Shown: piece after piece, positions 49,632 to 61,883 of the stretch
How positions within the stretch are numbered: position 1 is the first letter of the stretch
Layout of the letters: every line of letters begins with the position of its first letter
Assembly: GCA_051294375.1 (NCBI GenBank)
Contig: JBJCIZ010001661.1
Coordinates: forward strand, 4,812 to 68,811
Length of the DNA: 64,000 bases
Direction of reading: 5' to 3'
From: Paraspadella gotoi
Lineage: Eukaryota; Animalia; Chaetognatha
Notes under the pieces: generated by a model
Seen by the model: the letters and a program-made list of their open reading frames with translations, nothing else
Database searches by the model: none
Told to the model about the DNA's origin: nothing
Program-made: the position numbers and the translations under genes

Positions 49632-50337
49632 TTTTTAGTCGGATCTGCTTATCAGCAGATCCCGACTCTATAATTCACTTTGTCGGTCCGTCGGTCCGCC
49701 CCCTCAATATTGTCGGGCACACACTTATATCATGTCAGAACATCGAATTATGATTAATTATGCAAAAAAACGATGTCCGTCCGTCCGTCTGTCTGTCTGT
49801 CCGTCCGTCCGTCCTTCACACCTTAGCAAAAAACTCTAATTACTCGTGATTGGATGGATGGATTGGTATGAAATTTTGTGTGTGGGAAGGAAACTGTGTG
49901 ATTGAGATGGATATGAAGTTTGGAGGGAATCGTGCGAGTGGAAATTGGATTAAATGGAAAAAACAAAAAAATATATTTCACTATTTGAACGCCAATTGCT
50001 CATTAGTGGATAGAGCAATTGACTTGAAATTTTGTATGTTGGTAGGAAAGTGTGTGATTGAGCTGGATATAAAGTTTCGATGGAATCATGCGAGTGGAAA
50101 TGAGTTAAAATGGAAAAAACAAAAGTATTTTTACTTAAATTTACTCATAATTATTATTTTCATTAAAAATTGAATAGATAAATGGAAATTAAATTTTGTG
50201 TGTGGGTAGGAAAGTATGTGATAAAACTGGATATAAATTTTTTGATGGAATCGTAGGAGTGGAAAAGAGTTCAAATTAGAAAACCAAAAGACACATTTAT
50301 TTGAATTTTTTAAAGTTTCTCTCTCTCTATCTCTCTC

Positions 50338-50408
<71 letters not shown>

Positions 50409-51943
50409 CCAAATTATGCCAATTGACAAAAATATGCCCGTTGACCAAATTCTTAAAGTTGACCAAATTATGCCAGTTGACCAAATTCTGCAAGTTGATC
50501 AAGTTCTGCAAGTTGACCAAATTATGCCTGTTGACCAAATTATGCCAGTTATCCAAATTAGGCCAGTTGATAAAATTATGCCAGATGACCAAATTATGCC
50601 GGTTGACCAAATTATCTTAATTGATCAAATTATGTCAGTTGACCAAATTATGTCAGTAGACCAAATTATGTCAGTTAACCAAATTATGTCAGTTGACCAA
50701 ATTATGCAAGTTGATTAAATTATGCAAGTTGACCAAGTTAGCTTATTACCACTTAATTATCGATTGACCTGGAATTTTGTATGTGAGTAGAAAAGTGTGT
50801 GATTGAACAGGAAACCAAGTTTCGATGGAATCTTTTCAGTGGAAAGGAGTTTAAATGGAAAAAAAACAAAAAACCTGTTTCACTAATTGATAATGATTCT
50901 TTTTCCTTTTATATTAAATGTATATGCAGGATGTATTAATAAATCAAATAATTAATCAGTTAATTAATCAATTTGTCAAGTAATTAATCAATAATTAATT
51001 AATCAGTCAATCAATTAAAAGCAAAAAGCTCCAATAACTCGTGATTGGCTGGTTGGATTGGAAAATGAAAATTTTGTGTGTGGGTAGGAACAGTGTGTGA
51101 TAAAGCTGGATATAAAGTTTCGACGGAATGTGTGAGTGGAAATGAGTTTAATGGAAAAAACAATAAGTCGCATTTACTAAAATATTTTTATTATTTTAAC
51201 AATAAGTACTCTAATTAATCATATTGGATGGATAGATTGAGTTCAAATTTTTGTGTGGGTAGAAAAATGTGTAACGATGCTGATATAAAGTTTCGGTGGA
51301 AACGTACGAGTGGAAATGAGTTTAAATGAAAAAAATATGAGTCACATTTACTTGAAATCTTTTTAACTTAGTTAACACCATTAAATAAATGAGCATTAAA
51401 GGAATCGTTCAATTGCAAAAGAAAGAGAAGAGAAGAGAGAGAGAGTCCGATATAAAAAATTACGAATAAAAAAGTTTTGTTATTTACTCACTGAATAAAA
51501 ATACTTAAAATACTTACAAAATTACATAATTGATAAATTATTATTCCATTAACATGTGTTTAATCACATGCAATAATCTAGTAAGGCGGGCAAAAATTGA
51601 ACACTTTTTATAACTTAGTTCTCTAAAAAATTTTTTTCCTTACTACTAAATCAATTTTCAATGTAACTTTTTGAATTAGTTCATTGGGTTGTTGCACTGA
51701 AGCTTTTAAATATTTATTAATATATAATAATTATATAAAGTTTTGACGGAATTGTGCCAGTGGAAATGAGTTTAGATGGAAAAAACATATCACATTTACT
51801 TGAATCTTTAATATTAATGATTACTAATAAATGTTTTAATTAATTAATTATTAATTAATTAATGTGAAAAAATGATGCAAGTAAAAAAAAATTTAAAAGC
51901 ATAAAGATCGTCGCAATTGCATAATAAAGAGAGAGAGAGAAGA

Positions 51944-51976
<33 letters not shown>

Positions 51977-52223
51977 GAGAGAAGAGAATGAGAGAGGGAA
52001 AGGAGAAAAAATAAAATAGAGGATATTTGTTTGTTTTATAAAAATGTAAACAAAACATATTTAATAACTGTCCTACCCAATTTTAAGGACATCGATGATG
52101 ATAAGTTGAATATAAATTTAAAATAAATTATTACATATTAAAATTAATAATTAATTAATTATCGATTAATTATTAATTAATTAATTATATAGGCAGATCC
52201 GACATTGTTTGCTCAAACTTGTT
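49632..52223 (+). mobile_element. Full-length HINE family A copy 2
   Basis: TTTTTAGTCGGATCTGC-TTATCA-GCAGATCCCGAC at the start and GCAGATCCGACATTGTTTGCTCAAACTTGTT at the end. Colinear with 27056-30020 but has different flanks. The empty-site paralogue GGGCATTATGATTTTTTAGTTAGTTAATCCCC lies at ~52488-52519. Confidence 0.88.
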
Positions 52224-53012
52224 ATTTAGTTAATCACCATATTTAACCCACGCACTTAAACATGCCAGCCTCCCGATATTTATTTCTAAATAATTTTTTA
52301 ATATAAAAAAAACACTTCCCTAATGGATTCGAACCCTGGACTACTAGAATCTTTTATTTCAACATGTAATGGCCATCTTGCGGGAAAAATTAGAAACCCA
52401 AAAATAAGAATTTTTTTTTCTTTTACGATGTGACACGAGGTGACATGATGTGACAAGATGTTACATGATGTGACGATATGTTTCATGGGGCATTATGATT
52501 TTTTAGTTAGTTAATCCCCATATTGAACACCCGCACTTAAACGTGCCAGCCTTCCCGATATTTATTTCTCAATAATTTTTTTAATATAAAAAAACCCTTC
52601 CCTAATGGGAATCGAACCCTGGACTACTAAATCTTTTATTTCAACATGTACTGGCCATCTTTCGGGAGAAATTAGAAACCCAAATATAAGAAAAAAAATT
52701 TTCCCTTTTTGGATGTGACACGATGTGACACGAGGTGACACGATGTGACACGGGGTGACACGATGTGGCTATGTGACTATATGTGTCACTGGGCACTGGA
52801 ATTTTTGAATTGCAATCCCCATATTTAACCCCCGCACTTAAAAGCCCCAGCCTTCCCCATATTTAAATGTTTGTTTTAATGAAAAAAATACTTTTTCCTA
52901 ACGGGAATCGAACTCGGGACTAGTAGAATCTTTTATTTTGACATGTAATGGCCATCTTGTGGGAGAAATTAGAAATGCAAAAATAAGGAAGAATTTTTCT
53001 GCCTTTTTGGAC
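52224..53012. repeat. ~290-bp tandem repeat (about 3 units) sharing the C-tract block with the 183-bp satellite and carrying a tRNA B-box-like motif
   Basis: TAATCCCCATATTTAACCCCCGCACTTAAA-type block at ~52231, 52513 and 52814. GG(A)ATCGAACCC/GGATTCGAACCC-like motifs at 52325, 52608 and 52904. Short GTGACAC 10-mer runs. Confidence 0.85.
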
Positions 53013-53084
53013 AGTGAAAAAATACTGGTCTGGAAGGAAAAGGCGGGAAAAAAAAGGAAATTATATTTAATGAAAAAATAAAAA

Positions 53085-53108
53085 ACAAATAAATAAATAA
53101 ATAAATAA

Positions 53109-53139
<31 letters not shown>

Positions 53140-53205
53140 ATAGATAAATAGATAAATAATAAATAAATAATAAATAAATAATAAATAAATAAATAAATAA
53201 ATAAT
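53085..53205. repeat. (AAAT)n microsatellite
   Basis: Directly visible. Confidence 0.95.
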
Positions 53206-53454
53206 TTTTTTTTAATTCGTCGCTTTCTGTTGTCCTCTTTTAAGTCCGTAGTAGAGAGAGTAGAGAGAGAGGGAGAGAGAGAGAAAGACAGAGAGACAGA
53301 GAGAGAGAGAGAGTCAAGGAGATAATTCCTCTAATTCTCCAAAAACTTTTCCGTTCGCGAAAAAAATTCGTCAAATTTTTTCTTCGTCCCCGAATTTGTT
53401 TTTTTTTTTTGCGACTCAAATATGGAAAAGAAGGAAAAATGATTTTGTGGGCGA

Positions 53455-53745
53455 TGAGTGTGGTTAAGAGGGTCCTGCGTGTTTGACTGTGGTCGCTGTG
53501 ATGATGGAGTGTGGTGGCTGTGGTGATTGAGTGTGGTCGCTGTGGTGTTTGACTGTGTCGCTGTGCTGATTGAGTGTGGTGGCTGTGTTGATTTAGTTTG
53601 GTCGCTTTGTGGTGTTTGACTGTGGTCGCTGTGGTGATTGAGTTGGTGGCTGTGGTGATTGAGTGTGGTCGCTGTGGTGTTTAACTGTGGTCGCTGTGAT
53701 GATTGAGTTGTTGTGGCTGTGCTGGTTGACGTGGAGTGTGGAGTG
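53455..53745 (+). repeat. ~20-bp GT-rich minisatellite (GTGTGGTCGCTGTGGTGATTGA)n
   Basis: Tandem degenerate units are visible. Confidence 0.9.
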
Positions 53746-54269
53746 TTCTATGCAGATTGTAGTGGGTGACTATGGTTGGATAGAACGACTTATCCTATCA
53801 ATTAAATAATATAATGAAATTAGTACAACCAATATAAAAATTATCTATTCATTTAATAAATAAGCTATCTTGCCCCTGACTTTGGACAGGCTTTGTGGTT
53901 TAAGGCCTCCATCACTCTTACAAGATAATGACATAGCAGGTCCCTGCAAGCTTTTAATCAAGACTCTCTCACAGTCTCGTTTGTTTCACTCCAGAGTACT
54001 GGCTTCCCTATCAATGAAGTGAGTAATTTGACGTCATTAACTTTTTTTTACAATTATTTTTTTTAGCCAAATCCTTTTCCGGATTTTTTTCCTTTCGTTT
54101 TAGACCAAAATTTTTTTTGTTGAGGTCAAAATTCGCAGCTGGAATTTTTTCCTCTTCCTTTTGGACGAAAATGAAAGAAATGTGAAAGAAATGTGAAAGA
54201 AAATTTGAAAGAAAACGGAAAGAATCCGCGAATTTCTTTGTCTTCGTCTCCAATTTTTTTTGGCTTCAA

Positions 54270-54505
54270 AGAGTGTGGGATGGGAGAGGGGGAGAGAGGA
54301 GAGAGGAAAAGAGAGAGAAGAGGAAGGAGAGAGAGAGAAAGGGGGAGGGAAGAAGGGAGAGAGAGAGAGAGAAAAGAGAGAGACGGGGAAAGGAGAGAAG
54401 GGGGAGAGAGAGAGATGGAGGAGAGAAGAGAGAAAGGAGAGAGAGAGGGAAAGAGAGAGAAGGAGAGAGAGGAAGAGAGAGAGAGAGAGAGAGAGAGTGA
54501 GGGGT
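54270..54505. repeat. Polypurine/(GA)n low-complexity tract
   Basis: Directly visible. Confidence 0.9.
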
Positions 54506-54769
54506 AGGAAAGGAAAGATGGATCTAAGAAGAGAACAAGAAATTAGACAGTCTATTGTGACGCATCGACAATTCCATGAAAAGAAATGAATTTCAGAAGT
54601 GGGCAAAATTTTTTTATTGTGGATTATTAGCAAAAAAAAAAAAAAGAGAAAACGAAAGAAATTATAATAGAATAAAATCAGCGACATTTAATGTCAGTGA
54701 GAACAAAGTCTTATTCTTTAGTCTTTAGTTCATAATCGATGTGTGATCACTATTTCGGGGACAATTTTA

Positions 54770-54807
<38 letters not shown>

Positions 54808-54859
54808 CGCCGCTTCAGAACCGTGCCGAATGTCGCCCCCCCCGACCAACGACGTCTGT

Positions 54860-55390
54860 TTTTAATGTGATTGTTTCGCTGTGAACGACGAAAAGAATGA
54901 CTCGTAGGATCGTAGTGACTCTCACGTCGTCCAATCACGATTCTAAATTCACGTGAAGTCCATTCACCATTTCCGTGCGATTAATGTGAATCGAATTCAC
55001 GCTTTGTTTTGTTTATGTTTTGTTGTTTTATGTTTTGTTTTGTTTTATGTTTTGTTTTGTTTATGTTCGGTTGATCCAAAACAAAATCAAGTTTTTTTGT
55101 CTCAAAAAAGAAGTGATCTATCATGCAATCAAAACATATATTTTGAAATATTATTCCACTTTATTGATGGGGAAGTTTGGTTCTCTCGGTTTGGATTGAA
55201 AGTTTGCAGGGACGTGCAACCTCATCTCGTAAGGGTCACGGATACTATAAGCGACCGTAGCTCGTCCAAAGTCAGGGCAAGATTGCTTATTTATTAAATG
55301 AATGATAAATTTTGTATCGGTTGTCTCAACTTCATACCTTAATATCAGTAAACTGTTTCGATTGTAAAAAAGGTATATAATATACTTACA
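54860..55390 (+). mobile_element. Possible 3' end of a Bel/Pao element (integrase tail remnant, PPT, short LTR)
   Basis: PPT-like GATGGGGAAG at 55166-55175, followed by TTGGTTCTCTCGGTTTGGAT..., which is shared with 58205-58260. TATAA and AGTAAA motifs follow and the segment ends ...TACA at 55390. A weak frameshifted DEK-MTRRIVV...KSIHHF resembles the Bel integrase C-terminal motif DG.VR.V.V...RPI.KL. Confidence 0.4.
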
Positions 55391-55624
55391 AGAAATAACT
55401 GGCGCGTCCGGTCGAAAGCGAAAAACCCTTTCATTCTTACTTAATTCTCTATTTCATTTCTCTCTTCCGATCCACACAACAAAAGTGTCGGATCAAAAGT
55501 CTCACGATGACGTGGGACATTTCCCGGATGTCCGACTCTCCGTATTTCCGTCTCGCCCCGGATGTGAGGTCCGTCTCTCACCCGGAATTCCATAATTCGA
55601 AGATTTGGAAAGATCGAATGTGAA

Positions 55625-55631
55625 AATGTGA

Positions 55632-55710
<79 letters not shown>

Positions 55711-56195
55711 AGAGAGAAGAGAGAGAAGAGGCGATTGAGTAAACAAAGAAAAGGAAGGAGGAGAAAAAACAAGACCAACAAAGGAAGAATCAGGGAGAAC
55801 AAATAAAGATGAAGAGGTGGAGGGATATGAATTAAAAGAAGGAAAAAAAAAGGAAAGAAAGAGGGGAAAGAAAGAGGGGAAGAAAGAAAGAGGAAAAGAA
55901 AGAGGGAAAAGAAAGAAAGAGGGAAAGATTAAAAGAGGGAAAGAAAGAAAAGAATGAAGGAGGGAAGAAAGAGGGAACGAAAGTAAGAGGGGAAAAAAGA
56001 AAGAGGGAAAGAATGAAAAAGAGAAATAAAGAGGGGAAAGAAAAAAAATAGAGAAGGTAAGAAAGAGGGAAAGAAAGATGGAAGAAAAAAAGAGGGAAAA
56101 AAAGGGGAAAGAAAGAAAAGGGAAAGAAAGAAAGAGGTGGAAAGAAAAATAAATAGGGAAATAAAGAGGAAATAGAATAAGAAGGACAAAAAGAA
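55625..56195. repeat. (GA)n plus polypurine low-complexity tract
   Basis: Almost exclusively A/G on the + strand. Confidence 0.92.
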
Positions 56196-57008
56196 CAGTG
56201 GCTTCGCCCAATACATGTAAATCGCTTTCAAGGGCTTAAACTAAACTGTTTAACATTTTGGTACTTAAATTTTTCTATAAATCCAAAAATATTATTTTGC
56301 CTTTCTATATATGAATATATGAGTAAAAAGCTTTTGATCAAGACATAGAATAAAAGATAAATAAAATAAATAGAAAAAGAAAAAACATTTAAAAAAATAA
56401 GATAATAACAATTTAAAATAGAATAGGGTGAAAACACAAAAAAAATTAATGGGACTGTTCTTTTGTTTCAGAAAAAAGATGGAACCTCTGGTAGATGTAC
56501 TTAAACTAAAAATTGATTGCTATTTTTTTTTCAAAAATGTTCTTATGTTTCTGGAGCCATCTGGTTTATTAAGACTAAAAATAGGCAAAAATTTTACTAT
56601 GTTAAAAAGTGAATATAAATGAAATCTAGTGGGTGCAGACAGAAGAACAAATTTCTATAGAAAGTAAAGGGTAAATGATCATTGTTGAGAAAGTAAAAGA
56701 CAAATCCTTGTAGGAAAAAAAAGTTAAATAACCGGAAAAAAATAATTTAAAAAAAAAAGAAAAAAAAGGCGATTACAAAAAAGGAAAGAAAGATAAAAAA
56801 AAATACAAACAGGCTAATGGACAGACAGACCGACACTCGGACAGTTAGAAAAAAAGAAGAATAAAGAAAAAATAAAAACACAAAAGTAAGAATAAAATAA
56901 AATAAAGAATAAGAAAAATAGTGAAAAGAAAAAAGGAAAAAAAAGATAAAGAAGGAAAGAGTGTCTCAATCAAGGCGCAACGGTGGGGTTTCTCCGAGTC
57001 AGTGGTAT

Positions 57009-57064
<56 letters not shown>

Positions 57065-57172
57065 CTCTCTTCTCAAAAAATAGCGAGATAGAGAGGGAGT
57101 GAGAGCTGCCCGGACAACAAAAGGTGTTAGAACAAATAAGTTTATTTTTTACAGAAAGGCTCGCTCTCGCTC

Positions 57173-57208
<36 letters not shown>

Positions 57209-57227
57209 TCTTATTTTTTAAACTCAC

Positions 57228-57350
57228 CTGTTTAAACAACGATCACGCAACTCGACGAAGTGGGCGGAGAAAATCTTCGCTAGGGAACTTGTCCACGGCT
57301 CCGCCGCCGCCGCCGCCGCGCGCCGCCGCCTCTGCCACACCAACGCCCAT
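57228..57350 (-). CDS. Candidate first coding exon of an unidentified host gene
   Basis: AAACAAAATGG start context, GC-rich island and a consensus donor CAG|GTGAGT at 57230-57222. Reads MGVGVAEAAARGGGGGGAVDKFPSEDFL, then needs one 1-bp correction to continue HFVELRDRCLN to the donor. Confidence 0.3.
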
Positions 57351-60300
57351 TTTGTTTGATTTCGTCTTTCGCCGTCACCGCCCCCCTTCCTCTAGGCGCC
57401 CCTCGCTGCGGACGCGACGAAGAATTGCTCTTTGGCCGAAAAACGAAAATAAACAAAGAACAAGAGAAGGACAAAAGGAATGACAAGGAAGGAAGAACCG
57501 CGCCACGCTGGGGTGGAGAATGCGGGGGGGGACACGCCATCTCTCTCTCTCTCTCCTCTCCTCTTCTCTCTCTCTCTCTCATCTCATCTGTTTCTTGCCA
57601 TCTCACCATCTACTTTCCTACTCTACTTGCTTTAATTTTATTCCCAGGGAAATGTCGAGATACTCGTGCTCAGTTTAAACTTTATGAGACAAAAATAATC
57701 GACATTTTAAACATCAAATGTCACTCATAAACTTCACAGTAAAGAATTAAATGATCCTAGTCTATGTCGTATTTAAGAATTTTAAGAATACGTAAATCGG
57801 CTTTATTGACTAGAAAGAGACATAATGTATTTCATATCAAAATGACTAAAACGTTTTGAAGATTAACTTACAAGTTATAGTTTATAAATATAAACAAAGT
57901 TTTGAGTTACAGTTACACCAATTTCAGTTATAATTGCGGACCGAAAAATGTAGGATTTAAATGAACACTAATTTTTTTACCTTGACCTTGACCTAGAGAG
58001 AGAGAGAGATGAGAGAGAGAGAATAGAGAGGAGAGAGGAGAGAGAGAGAGAGAGAGAGAGAGAAGGGCTTTATGCAAAAAAAATTTACAATCAAGATGTA
58101 AACGATTTGAAGTAAACGAACTTTGTTTACGAATTCATTATCAATATATATACCGTGAAATTCAAACTTCTCTTCTTTCACCCCCGATGCCTCTTTTATT
58201 TCTATTGGTTCTCTCGGTTTGGATTTTAAAGTTTGCAGGGACGTTGCAACCTCTATCTCGGATCGTAACTTTCTTTCAAGCGTTTTTCGGTCGAAGATTC
58301 TCTAAGCCTCAACTGTTTTCGCGGAACCGCGTTGAGAAGAAGTCCCGCCTGCGTCGGCCTTCTGTGTGCCGAGCGAATTGACGATTCCAACATCGAAAAA
58401 AACTTGCAAACTTTCGACGGACGAAGGATCCGCGGCGCCTTCCGGCTTGCTTTTCATTGCGATTAGGGATCCCGAACTAGGACGACGCCGTCCGGGCCGT
58501 AATTGGACACAGTCGACGGATTGTGCATCGCGCTCCTTCTCGAATAGCAGTGAGATTGAAGTCGGTTTCGATTCGTTTTTATTTCTGCAATCTTCGCGGT
58601 CTTCGGCTGCTAACGACTTCGCGAAGCTTTTCCAACGATTTTCAAGCCGCGTTTTTGTCACCTGCGGCAGTGAATATGATCGCGTTGGAAAAAGCGCGCC
58701 AGAGATATTGCGTCGTGGGAGCTCGAGTGCCGGAAAATTTTTTTGCATCGGGAAATTCCCCTTTCGGCGTTTTTTCGGACTTCGTCGCTCGTTTGTAAGG
58801 ACGAATTTTTAGATTTGCGCTAGTGCGGACGAACGAGGAAAAATACTCGATAACTTGCGCGACGCCCGACAGTATCCCCTTCTCCCAAAATTTCTACGAG
58901 ATATCTAGGACTTTAACCCTTCTTCAAAGCGGACATTGGCTTCAGTCCCTGAAACGCCGTACCCTTCAGGAATGCAACATCTTCCGCGTAACCTTTCACG
59001 TCGATAATGGTCGAGGCTCATGCGATATCGTCACGATCGCGCCAAAACCACTCCGACGCAAGAAACATTGCGTCGCCAACCGGGGGAAAGACACGTAGTT
59101 CCGTGCAGTCTACGAAAGAATTCCGGGCCGCTATTTCAGGAGGAACATGGGAAGACGAGTCGATGGAAGTTCTGTCGGGGCTTCCCTCCAAACCGCCTCC
59201 ACAATATTACTTGGGCAGCGCCGCTTTCTCAATTCGCGGGCTAACTCTGTGTCGACGCGGGCAGACCTCATCGGTTATGAAAAGCATCGCGTCGACAGGA
59301 CGTCCCGGCTCCGTTTTGCAACAAGGATGACGACGATGCCTGAGTTTGCCGGATATTCCCTCTGAAGGGAACCGATTCTCGGCTGCAAACCGTCCCGACG
59401 ACGGATAAGCGTGGCGTCCATCCGGCCGTTCTGCCCCCTCCACGTCTCCAGAAGAAAGAAGACGTCGATACGCCGTCCGTCTTATTCCGTCCAACATTCC
59501 AAGTGATTTCGACGGATAATTTGCGCACCGAGGAAAAAAATATCATCCCGTCCCTATCGATCGACCCGCGCGAACGAACTGTCTGCGTCTCGGGAGTTGC
59601 GTCCGACCGCTTCGGCGGAGGGCTTGGGGCTGCCCCTGAGGACTGCTGCGGTTTACTCGTACAGGAACGAACGAGAGCTCATAGTTCTATCTTCGGGACA
59701 TCGATGCCGCCGCCAACGAGATCCAAACCCCGCGGAAGGCTCCGGTAGCCGATTTGAACGTTCTCTCGTCGGCGTCGAGGGAAGTGCGCCGGATTTTAGT
59801 GCGATTTTTTTCGACTCTTCGTGGACATCGGATTAAACTGAGAGCGATGCGTGACGCGACGGATCGCCGATATACGTAACGTAGCCGCCGCAGATCCGGC
59901 GCATTAAAGGACGGCGAGAGCGCGAAAGAAACGAAGAAGAAGAAGAGAAATATGCTAAGGTCAGCAGAACGAGTTTTTCGGCGACGCCGTGGGAGGCCTT
60001 GTTCAGAAGCCCCGCGTCGACGACGTCTTCGCGTATGGCGAATGGGTCGCGTCAGCGACAATCCCCCCGCAACGAGCCCTTCTCTCCGACAACTTGTAGA
60101 CGGCTGAAAATTTGAAACTCCTCCACCGGCTTACGACCGTAAAGATTCAACATCATGAAGTCGGCCCAACGCCTAAATAAGCGGCGCTAACGTAGCGTCT
60201 GTTTCAAGGCGAGCCGTCCTACTCCGGAACAAAGGAATAAGGCGAGGAGGCGGTAGGCTGGAGCGGTGTCCGATGCGCTCCGCCCGCGCCAATCCGTCGA

Positions 60301-61442
60301 GAAATCCACAAGTGACTATTGGAGTTTTCTAACGCGACGCAATTAGGGACCTCTCAATGAAGGATTGCGTCGACAGGACGGAAGGATGGCGGGGGAAGTC
60401 GTTCCTTCCCCTTCCCTCCCGCCTCCGTACTGACTGGCGCCCCTTACCGTGCTGGCGATGAACGCCGAGGCGCCAGTATTGTCCCAGAGAAGCGACGCCG
60501 ATTCCATCAGCTTCACACGCTTCTCGAGCCTCAAGGCATCCAACGGCGCGTCCTCCATTTTACCGTGCGCCGTCTGAGGCAGCTTCGAACCGCATCCGCT
60601 GCGGATGGCCGACGGGCTTTTTTAGGAATTCAAGCCCAGGACACTCGCCTTCCAATTGCTCCAGCAGCACGCGCCCGAAAAACCAAAGTGGATGAAAATA
60701 CATTCACGTTTGGATTTCCGAGCGTCAACTTCGAGATTATCAAGTCAGCGTCTGTTGCGCTTGACGGAGCGCGGACGGATCCGATGAGTTGAAGGAGCTT
60801 CCCCATTGGTTCGATGGTTTCCCCAAGCATCGACTCGAACGTTTTTCTGACGCAACCGACGCCGACCTTCGGCTCTTGCGGACGCCCTCATCGTCCTCAG
60901 AAGAAATGCGGGAATGAAGGCGGACGACGGCCAGATGAGATGATTTGAGCAGATCCTCGGCGGTTCCGAAGCTCGATCGTAAGGATTCGGAGAGTCATCA
61001 TAGCTTGTAATAACCTTGCAGCAGGTTGTACGACCTCGCGAGGGAGACGGGCGGCTTTGCGCGATTTCTCGATCGTGCGGGCCGTCATGGCGGACTACTC
61101 GCGAAGCGGATGCCACAATTTTATCAGATAAGTGGGCTAAAAAAGTGGTTACATACCGACAATATCACCATTGGGATTGATGATCTTTTTCCTTTCAGTG
61201 ATTTTTGTCTTCTAGCCATTAACCAAGAGGTCCTTGATTTAGACCGCCGGCGAAGTCAGCAAGACGCCTGCGACACGGAGAAGACGAAAGGCGACGGCGA
61301 AGGTCAACGTCGCCAACGCGGAAAACATCGAGACGAAGAGAAAGCTTCGTTCTCCGCCGCTTCTACCCCCCGCCCCTTGCGGAGCGTCGGCATCAAAGCC
61401 GACGTCGTCGTCGACTGCGCCGGGACCTAAACTTTTGTGCCT

Positions 61443-61643
61443 TGCCCACCATTGTGAGGGGAAGCATTATTTGCGAAGCTTGACAAGTTTCACCGACTGA
61501 AGCCCGCTAGATCGCCCGCCAAATTTATCGCCTCTTCAAGCCCGCTGCTTCAAACTGTATGGGAAGCGTCATTCTTGTCGAGAAAACTGCCCTACAACAA
61601 GAGCGATGCTTTTTGTAGTAAAAAATCACATCCGCTCCTTCAT
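61443..61643 (+). pseudogene. gag: Bel/Pao Gag triple zinc-knuckle region
   Basis: Allowing frameshifts it reads CP-HCEGKHYLRS..DKF, RCF-NCMGS..H...NCP and RC..CSK..HPLLH, matching the Bel/Pao CCHC-CCHC-C..C...HHxLLH pattern. Confidence 0.8.
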
Positions 61644-61883
61644 GTTGACGTGCCCGACCACCGCCGGTAGGCGCGGGAGCCCTTCAAAAGCTACGCCTGC
61701 AAAATCGACAACGACGAGCAGCGGGAGAAATGAAAAGAAAGTCTGCCGCCGCCGCCGATTACGACGGGATCGCACGGCAGAGTGAAAAAGACTGCACGTG
61801 ACTATTGCCGCTAGCGCCGGGCGGGGCCGTTTACCGCCCAGTGTACCAATGTGATTCGTCGTTCGGTCAACGAACGATATTCA

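Noticed and set aside
52310-52975. Functional tRNA genes
   Set aside because: Only the T-arm/B-box part is recognisable; no convincing acceptor, D or anticodon stems.
54100-56231. ER-rich and FLS-rich ORFs
   Set aside because: Translations of (GA)n and polypurine tracts.
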